From: an uncultured bacterium
Lineage (GTDB): Bacteria > Hydrothermota > UBA3073 > NMUJ01
Direction of reading: 5' to 3'
Assembly (NCBI GenBank): GCA_965612795.1
Contig: CBFDTI010000037.1
Span: 1-12,173 of the forward strand
Length of the DNA: 12,173 bases
The notes beneath the pieces were generated by a model. It was not told the origin of the DNA, ran no database searches, and saw nothing but the letters and a program-made list of their open reading frames with translations. How positions within the stretch are numbered: the first letter of the stretch is position 1; each line of letters opens with the position of its first letter. The translations under genes were made by a program, and so were the position numbers. This document shows, one piece after another, positions 7,601 through 12,173 of the stretch.

Positions 7601-8460
7601 TAATCAGAGTATGGATTAAGATAGGTGGTGGGGAATTTATCCCATCCGTGTGGCCCCATCGCATAGAATATGATTTCGGAGGTTTCGTCAAATGTTATGC
7701 CACTTTTTACGTAGATAGGTATTTCTACAAGTGTGTCACCGAATGATAGCCTTAACCCAACGGGTGGTGCGTATATTTTAATTGTGCGAGGGTCGATGAA
7801 GTCGGGTTCAATACCTGCATTTATGAGATCTTGATATGTGATCCTATATATACCTTCGTGCGAAATCCTTAGCTTATACCAATTGGCTGTAGTCTTCTGG
7901 GGTGTGACCGGTTTACGGGGTACACGCCAGGATTTTGCCGTCTCATAATTGAGCAACAATGCACGATAAAGAGGTTCCATTTTGTCGACCTTGTAACTAC
8001 CTGGCTGGCCTCCAACGAAGGTCACCTTTACTCTCATCATCCTGTGTATGCGCAGGGTTTGGGTTGCAGGATTATACTGTGCGAAGTTTAGCTTAATAAA
8101 GGCGATATGTTGATCCCTAAACATACCCTGCTTGGCGAGTTCAACAGGTGCTGGTGGATAGTACTGGTTGGACGTCAAAGTGTGGATTGGCTCACCATAT
8201 ATTGGAGGTACGGGTTTGATGTAGTGTTTGAACTGCTGGGTTTCTGTATCCAATAGTTTCACATCAATTTGAGCACCTGGAGGTATACCAAGCACCACAA
8301 AGTCGTATGGCACCATAGGTAGACCTGGGTCGCTGGGATAATAATAAGGTGCACATTCGATGTCATCTATTGTAATTTCCGATCGATAGATGAACTCCAT
8401 ACCGTGTGGGCCACTTTTGACCACCTCGATCTGCACAATGAGCAATAATGCTATCAACAT
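4615..8460 (-). CDS. C25-family (gingipain clan) cysteine peptidase, PorU-like, with N-terminal propeptide and C-terminal T9SS type A/FlgD-Ig-like domain
   Basis: Propeptide-like PGLPMVP...LGIPPG...QYNP; PorU-like WYKLRISHEGIYRITYQDL, FYAMG, NPYSD...YWLT, IYDNFSFG..HPDAIRRFIR, LLIADD; dyad motifs WMGHG (His789) and FGACGVGCFD (Cys824); DTVPPTIKL, IEDSSGIN; C-terminal VYPNP...IRIYTITGRVI...GYNEIEWD...SGIYFYKV. Confidence 0.88.
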   Translation of the reverse strand: MLIALLLIVQIEVVKSGPHGMEFIYRSEITIDDIECAPYYYPSDPGLPMVPYDFVVLGIPPGAQIDVKLLDTETQQFKHYIKPVPPIYGEPIHTLTSNQYYPPAPVELAKQGMFRDQHIAFIKLNFAQYNPATQTLRIHRMMRVKVTFVGGQPGSYKVDKMEPLYRALLLNYETAKSWRVPRKPVTPQKTTANWYKLRISHEGIYRITYQDLINAGIEPDFIDPRTIKIYAPPVGLRLSFGDTLVEIPIYVKSGITFDETSEIIFYAMGPHGWDKFPTTYLNPYSDYITYWLTWGGADGRRDSMVAPPTGETPPDRFTYTFHWEEDHLCPARGGLRWIWTELVRSPIEVENRWSYTFNLPELADSCGYLKVVFYRYWTNLSGENPSAQVHRVKLLLNDHVVGTDTIQGGSTYTPWVLEVPVTNLKTGENKFTILQWKAPQDTLEDRLYFDYFEVTADCRFEPHDRDIKFEIKEDTNVYISGFGAYPYVFNITDSYTPVRVVGGTFEGNIYKFHASPGVYIGTATPYSVDAIERSNPYSLYTDEDVDYTIITIREFIPYANRIAEWRTSHGIKTKVVPIDEIYDNFSFGYPHPDAIRRFIRYAYNNWGLCYVYLFGAGTYGYKEEVDRNRIPPYETGYLIGIFGYPPQGNKCYDDYFACINYDEDDIPDVVITRSTVKNEEEAYWLTEKIINYEHSYGGWRHRVLLIADDEYGQSINESLHTSQVENSFAPLIPAGYDIYKVYLMNYQGVTQATDPSWTPASRPGNKPGAKEDILRYLHKGMFLAMWMGHGSIETIAHERVFVNPDDIYGLENNYKLPIFYFGACGVGCFDRLAKDGLGDYLEKWPHGGAIGVLASTRAASATTNQNVGVRLLRSIFSDSVNRLGDAFLMAKLYPGGSYDNYQGFGEPLIRVRLNNIDISTWYIHVPDTLYGGAEALIEGDGLPNGMVYVTVLSSAYTHTHSLPGGGTITYTMRGAPPFTGYNNQYFPYPGRVDKEIIFEGIAPVVGGKFSIRFVTPAWPLLQPPMAGDDGKISLIWWDGTDNEATIGISGIVIRDTHVINDTVPPTIKLYVNGKQLRSGMEIPPSFTLYGVIEDSSGINIFDRTGPYAIRMSYDDPRFSNPIYLSDYFTYDLGSQTRGKLEYEVNVPPALSDFTLYFSASDNICNVRVDSFHITVMWEQPLDITQLRVYPNPVRGDKVTFYFYLTKESMVWIRIYTITGRVIQVLGPFDLSAGYNEIEWDTCDFIGDKIGSGIYFYKVVAIREEPGQRLTTSKLDKFLVIR

Positions 8461-8693
8461 TGGCCCTTAATTGCTATACATGTGGTGGTCGATAATATTC
8501 CATCAAGTTTATGTACCTTACCCGCGATTAAATCGCCCAGCTTCTGAAAATCTTCCACTTTAACAAAGGCGATGAGATCGAACGGACCGGTCACCACACA
8601 TGCGGTTTTTACCTCTTTTATTTCTGTGAGCTCTGCTAATACGTTATCTACTTTGTTTGCCTCTGTTCGTATGAGGACGTAGGCTTTTATCAT
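8454..8693 (-). CDS. Stand-alone Lrp/AsnC ligand-binding (RAM) domain protein, no HTH
   Basis: 79 aa: AYVLI...V...L..IKEV.....VTGPFDLIAFV.VED...L...I..KV.KLDGI..TTT.I is the characteristic AsnC C-terminal pattern. Confidence 0.88.
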   Translation of the reverse strand: MIKAYVLIRTEANKVDNVLAELTEIKEVKTACVVTGPFDLIAFVKVEDFQKLGDLIAGKVHKLDGILSTTTCIAIKGQC

Positions 8694-9010
8694 TGTGTGC
8701 TCTTTGCTTCCAGAGTTTCTATGAAATATTCTAACCCTTTGCGCTTCTCAAGTGCTGATTGTAACTTATCGTACACCGTAGTTGTGGGATATATCATCTG
8801 TATTATGGGTCTAAGTATTAGCATCACCTGTGACCCTATAAAACTTAGGGGCTTGCTTGACTGTGCAAACAATATTGTAGGTACGGTGAGCCCACGCTTA
8901 ACGATTTCGTCGGCAAACTGTTCAAGTACCTTCTTTTCTTCCTCTGTAAGCTCATACTCCTCGGATTCGACTGCAAACGCGTGCCTTAGTGCGTGCCAGA
9001 ATTTACCCAT
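8690..9010 (-). CDS. Conserved hypothetical protein
   Basis: 106 aa, overlaps both neighbours (8 nt and 4 nt); core IVKRGLTVPTILF..S.KPLSFIGSQ; amphipathic N-terminus MGKFWHALRHAF. Confidence 0.8.
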   Translation of the reverse strand: MGKFWHALRHAFAVESEEYELTEEEKKVLEQFADEIVKRGLTVPTILFAQSSKPLSFIGSQVMLILRPIIQMIYPTTTVYDKLQSALEKRKGLEYFIETLEAKSTQ

Positions 9011-10436
9011 AATAATTTACGTTTAGGTCACGTGAAGCTTTACCTTCATTAACCCTCTTAACCGGCATGGTGTGGGGTGCGTTTTTCACGATATCGGGGT
9101 TGGTTTGGGCTTCGTCTACAATTTCCCTAATAGCAGTGGCGAATGCATCGAGTGTAGCCTTGCTTTCGGTTTCGGTTGGCTCTATCATGAGCGCTTCCTT
9201 GACTATAAGCGGAAAGTATATAGTGGGTGGGTGAAACCCTTTGTCGAGCAACCGTTTGGCTAAGTCAAACGTCCTCACACCATATTGGAGTAGTGGTTTG
9301 CCGGAGGCAACAAATTCATGCATGTAAGGACCAGGATATGGGATTGGCAGTATTTCATGGATTAGGGTTGCAAGATAATTTGCATTCAGTACCGCATGTT
9401 CGGCTACTTTTTTGAGTCCAGGCGAGCCCATCATCCTTATGTATATGAAACCTTTGAGGTTAACAAGGAAGTTACCATAAAATGTATGTATTTTGCCGAT
9501 AGAATGTGGACATTCCGAATCCCAGTAGTATTTATTGCCTCGCTTTTTGACACGAGGTACTGGAAGGAAAGGCTCTAGGAATTTCTTCACCCCCAACGCA
9601 CCACCACCGGGGCCACCGCTGCCGTGGGGTGCACCAAACGTCTTATGTAGGTTGAAATGCACGATATCGAAACCCATCTCACCAGGTTTGACCCACCCAA
9701 CATATGAGTTGAGGTTGGCACCATCGAGATACATGATACCACCCGCTTCGTGTACAGTTTGTGCTATTTTAAGTATGTCCCTCTCGAATATGCCTAAGGT
9801 ATTAGGTACTGTTAACATAATGACAGCTAGTTTATCGGTAGCGTGACGTTTTAATTCGTTTATATCTACCATACCAAATGAGTTCGATTTTATCTCCACA
9901 GGGGTGAACCCTGCCATCCTTGCGCTGGCGGGGTTGGTACCGTGTGCTGAATCGGGTATCAATACTATTGAACGATCTTCGCCTCTCTGTTTGAAGTACG
10001 CACGTGCAAGTAATAAGCCGACAAGTTCACCATGTGCACCTGCTGCTGGATGTAAAGTGACTGCATCCATACCGCTAATTTCGGCCAGAAGGTGTTCTAA
10101 CTCGTACATCACACGTAATGCACCCTGTACAGCGGAAGCGGGTGCAAGCGGATGTAGTGATAACCATGAGGGGTGGCTCACGAGTCGCTCAGAAATAGGT
10201 GGATTATACTTCATGGTACAGCTACCGAGTGGATAGAAATTTTTATCTATGTGTAGGTTACGGCTGGCAAGTTCATTATAGTGGCGTGCAACCTCGATTG
10301 GCGAAAGTTCGGGTAACTTCAGCCCAGCCTTACGCAATAGGGATTGAGGTAATAGATTAGGTTGCGGTGCCACATCGAACTTCGGTAAACTATAGCTCCT
10401 GTGGCCGGGTTTACTCTTTTCGAATACCAATTTCAT
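9003..10436 (-). CDS. gcvPB: Glycine dehydrogenase (aminomethyl-transferring) subunit 2
   Basis: FYPLGSCTMKYNP, PAAGAHGE, IPDSAHGTNPASA, PNTLGIFE, YLDGANLN, PLP-lysine motif HFNLHKTF, PHGSGGPG, AVLNANYL, HPPTIYFPLIV and MIEPTETESK. Confidence 0.97.
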   Translation of the reverse strand: MKLVFEKSKPGHRSYSLPKFDVAPQPNLLPQSLLRKAGLKLPELSPIEVARHYNELASRNLHIDKNFYPLGSCTMKYNPPISERLVSHPSWLSLHPLAPASAVQGALRVMYELEHLLAEISGMDAVTLHPAAGAHGELVGLLLARAYFKQRGEDRSIVLIPDSAHGTNPASARMAGFTPVEIKSNSFGMVDINELKRHATDKLAVIMLTVPNTLGIFERDILKIAQTVHEAGGIMYLDGANLNSYVGWVKPGEMGFDIVHFNLHKTFGAPHGSGGPGGGALGVKKFLEPFLPVPRVKKRGNKYYWDSECPHSIGKIHTFYGNFLVNLKGFIYIRMMGSPGLKKVAEHAVLNANYLATLIHEILPIPYPGPYMHEFVASGKPLLQYGVRTFDLAKRLLDKGFHPPTIYFPLIVKEALMIEPTETESKATLDAFATAIREIVDEAQTNPDIVKNAPHTMPVKRVNEGKASRDLNVNYYG

Positions 10437-11796
10437 CTTCTATCTCAGATAGCTCTTTCTCGACTATCTGCTTTATTTTCTGGAGGTTGGCTTCATCTTT
10501 GGCTTCAAACCTCAACACAAGTATCGGTTGTGTGTTGGATGCACGTACGAGCGCCCATCCATCGGGAAAATATATTCGTGCACCATCTATATCTAGTAGT
10601 TTATAACCCTTTTCGCGAAACCTATCACGTAGCTTGTTGACGATTGTGAACTTATGTTCGTCAGTTGAGGGGCGCCTTATTTCAGGGGTTGAGCAATAAT
10701 ATGGTATTTCGGATACAAGTTCGGAGAACGGTTTACCTGATTTAGACCATATCTCGACCAGTTTCAGTGATGCAAATATTGCATCATCAAACCCATAGTA
10801 ATCCTCTTTGATGAACATATGGGCGGACATCTCACCCGCAAGTAATGCGTGCTCTTCACGCATTTTAGCTTTAAGTAATGAATGGCCAGTCTTCCAAATT
10901 ATTGGGGTGCCACCAAGTTGGCGAATATATTCCTCCAATCCCTGTGAACATTTGACATCGAATATTATCTTAGCACCAGGATGACGGGTAAGTAGATCCT
11001 TCGCTAATATACCGAGTAGTTGATCGCCATACACCATGTCTCCTTTCTCGGTGATGATACCAACACGATCTGCATCACCATCGTAACTGATACCGAGGTC
11101 GGCACCTTTGGTGGTGACCATACGTTGTAAATCCTTCACAAACTCAGGTACGGTGGGATCTGGTAGGTGGTTGGGGAAATTGCCATCAGGCTCACAATAT
11201 ATGCATTCAACCTTTGCACCAAGTTCAGTGAAGAGCTGTTTGGCGATTGGACCTGCAGTACCGTTACCCGGGTCGATAATAATATAGGGGGAACGTACGA
11301 ACTTGACCTTGGTTTTGAGCATCTCAATATAACGGGGTACGATATGTTCCTCCTTTAAGTTACCTAACCCACCATTAAAGTCTTCCTCTTCCATTATACG
11401 GCGTATTTCTTGTATCTGTTCACCGTATATGGTTTCATCACGTAGCATTAACTTGAACCCATTGTATTCGGGTGGGTTATGGCTACCGGTTATCATCACA
11501 CCAGCGTCGACGTTGAGCTCATACACGGAGAAGTAAAGTACAGGAGTGGGTACTACACCTATGTCGATCACGTTTATCCCTACATTAGTTAACCCATGTA
11601 TGAGGCTGTTACGTAATCTATTAGAGGATAGACGGACGTCACGTCCAAGCGATAAAGTTTTAACCCCTTTACGGCGTAAGTATGTACCTATAGCTTTACC
11701 TAAAAGTATAGTTACAGGGTCGATGAAATCTCTATCCGCTATGCCACGTATGTCGTATTGCCTGAAGATGTAAGGGTTTACCTCTACTCGTGCCAT
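10411..11796 (-). CDS. Phosphomannomutase/phosphoglucomutase (AlgC-like)
   Basis: IFRQYDIRG, phosphoserine motif TGSHNP, metal loop DGDADR, sugar-binding GEMSAH, and DGARI...GWALVRASNTQP. Confidence 0.96.
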   Translation of the reverse strand: MARVEVNPYIFRQYDIRGIADRDFIDPVTILLGKAIGTYLRRKGVKTLSLGRDVRLSSNRLRNSLIHGLTNVGINVIDIGVVPTPVLYFSVYELNVDAGVMITGSHNPPEYNGFKLMLRDETIYGEQIQEIRRIMEEEDFNGGLGNLKEEHIVPRYIEMLKTKVKFVRSPYIIIDPGNGTAGPIAKQLFTELGAKVECIYCEPDGNFPNHLPDPTVPEFVKDLQRMVTTKGADLGISYDGDADRVGIITEKGDMVYGDQLLGILAKDLLTRHPGAKIIFDVKCSQGLEEYIRQLGGTPIIWKTGHSLLKAKMREEHALLAGEMSAHMFIKEDYYGFDDAIFASLKLVEIWSKSGKPFSELVSEIPYYCSTPEIRRPSTDEHKFTIVNKLRDRFREKGYKLLDIDGARIYFPDGWALVRASNTQPILVLRFEAKDEANLQKIKQIVEKELSEIEDEIGIRKE

Positions 11797-12173
11797 AATA
11801 CCTCCAGGTTGTGTGCATCCTTTGGCGTTATAGCGCCTACCGCACTGATGGAGAATTGGTCAGGTTTCAAATATTTGTCGAGCGTCGCTAATATATCGTC
11901 CATCTTTATAGAGTTAAATCTAGCGATAACTTCATCAAGTGGTACGTACTTACCTTCGTAGATCTCGTCACGCATAAGTTTACGCATACGGTATACGGTA
12001 CTCTCAGATGATATTATGAGTCCCCCTGTGATATAGTTTTTCATACGCTGGAGCTCATCTTCTTGTAGTTTTTTGCGTAGGTGTAGCATCTCTTCACGTA
12101 TGGATTTGAGCGATTTCACCACATTACGTGGTGCAGTAGCAAAATATATCTCTAAACTACCAGCTTCACAATA
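11784..12173 (-). CDS. M16-family (pitrilysin/insulinase) peptidase, C-terminal part; 5' end outside the window
   Basis: Frame is open from the window edge: YCEAGSLEIYFATAPRNVVKSLKSIREEM...EDELQRMKNYITGGLIISSESTVYRMRKL...EIYEGKYVPLDEVIARFNSIKMDDI, matching the M16 C-terminal pattern. The track's start at 12122 is internal. The HxxEH motif is outside the window. Confidence 0.8.
   Translation of the reverse strand, partial: YCEAGSLEIYFATAPRNVVKSLKSIREEMLHLRKKLQEDELQRMKNYITGGLIISSESTVYRMRKLMRDEIYEGKYVPLDEVIARFNSIKMDDILATLDKYLKPDQFSISAVGAITPKDAHNLEVLWHE
11800..11805 (-). promoter_or_regulatory. Shine-Dalgarno site for the PMM/PGM gene
   Basis: GGAGGT-ATT-ATG on the minus strand, inside the upstream CDS. 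Confidence 0.6.

Noticed and set aside
13..11961. All plus-strand ORFs in the track (60-111 aa) and the short minus-strand ORF 11136..11327
   Set aside because: Each lies antisense to, or out of frame within, a well-supported CDS and shows no recognisable motif; these are shadow ORFs.
1..12173. Frequent short palindromes (ACGT, TACGTA, GTAC, GATATC) as a possible repeat or uptake signal
   Set aside because: Plausibly explained by the preference for CGT, GTA, ATA and ACG codons. I saw no regular spacing and could not run a codon-controlled count.
1..12173. CRISPR array, tRNA/rRNA, IS or prophage elements
   Set aside because: No spaced direct repeats, cloverleaf structures, terminal inverted repeats or mobile-element genes; nearly all of the window is coding.

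Overview
Gene-dense bacterial window with 12 CDSs, all on the minus strand. Reading right to left: the 3' end of an M16 peptidase, a PMM/PGM phosphomutase, an isolated gcvPB, a 106-aa hypothetical, a stand-alone Lrp/AsnC ligand-binding protein, a 1281-aa PorU-like C25 cysteine peptidase with a T9SS/FlgD-type C-terminal domain, a LolD-like ABC ATPase, McsA, an McsB homologue, type III pantothenate kinase (coaX) and a YfiM/DUF2279-like membrane protein. After the only intergenic gap (66 bp) comes a secreted protein with repeated OB-fold modules; it runs off the left edge and is absent from the supplied ORF track. The first 11 genes all overlap their neighbours. I found no rRNA, tRNA, CRISPR array or mobile element. 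The most striking signal is that the McsB homologue is full length but has lost essentially all catalytic, ATP-binding and allosteric residues, and sits with McsA but without ctsR or clpC (candidate natural arginine pseudokinase). The secreted proteins have very short uncharged N-terminal signal segments and are rich in D-S/T O-glycosylation-type sequons. The overall character suggests an FCB-related lineage such as candidate division WOR-3; this is inference only.
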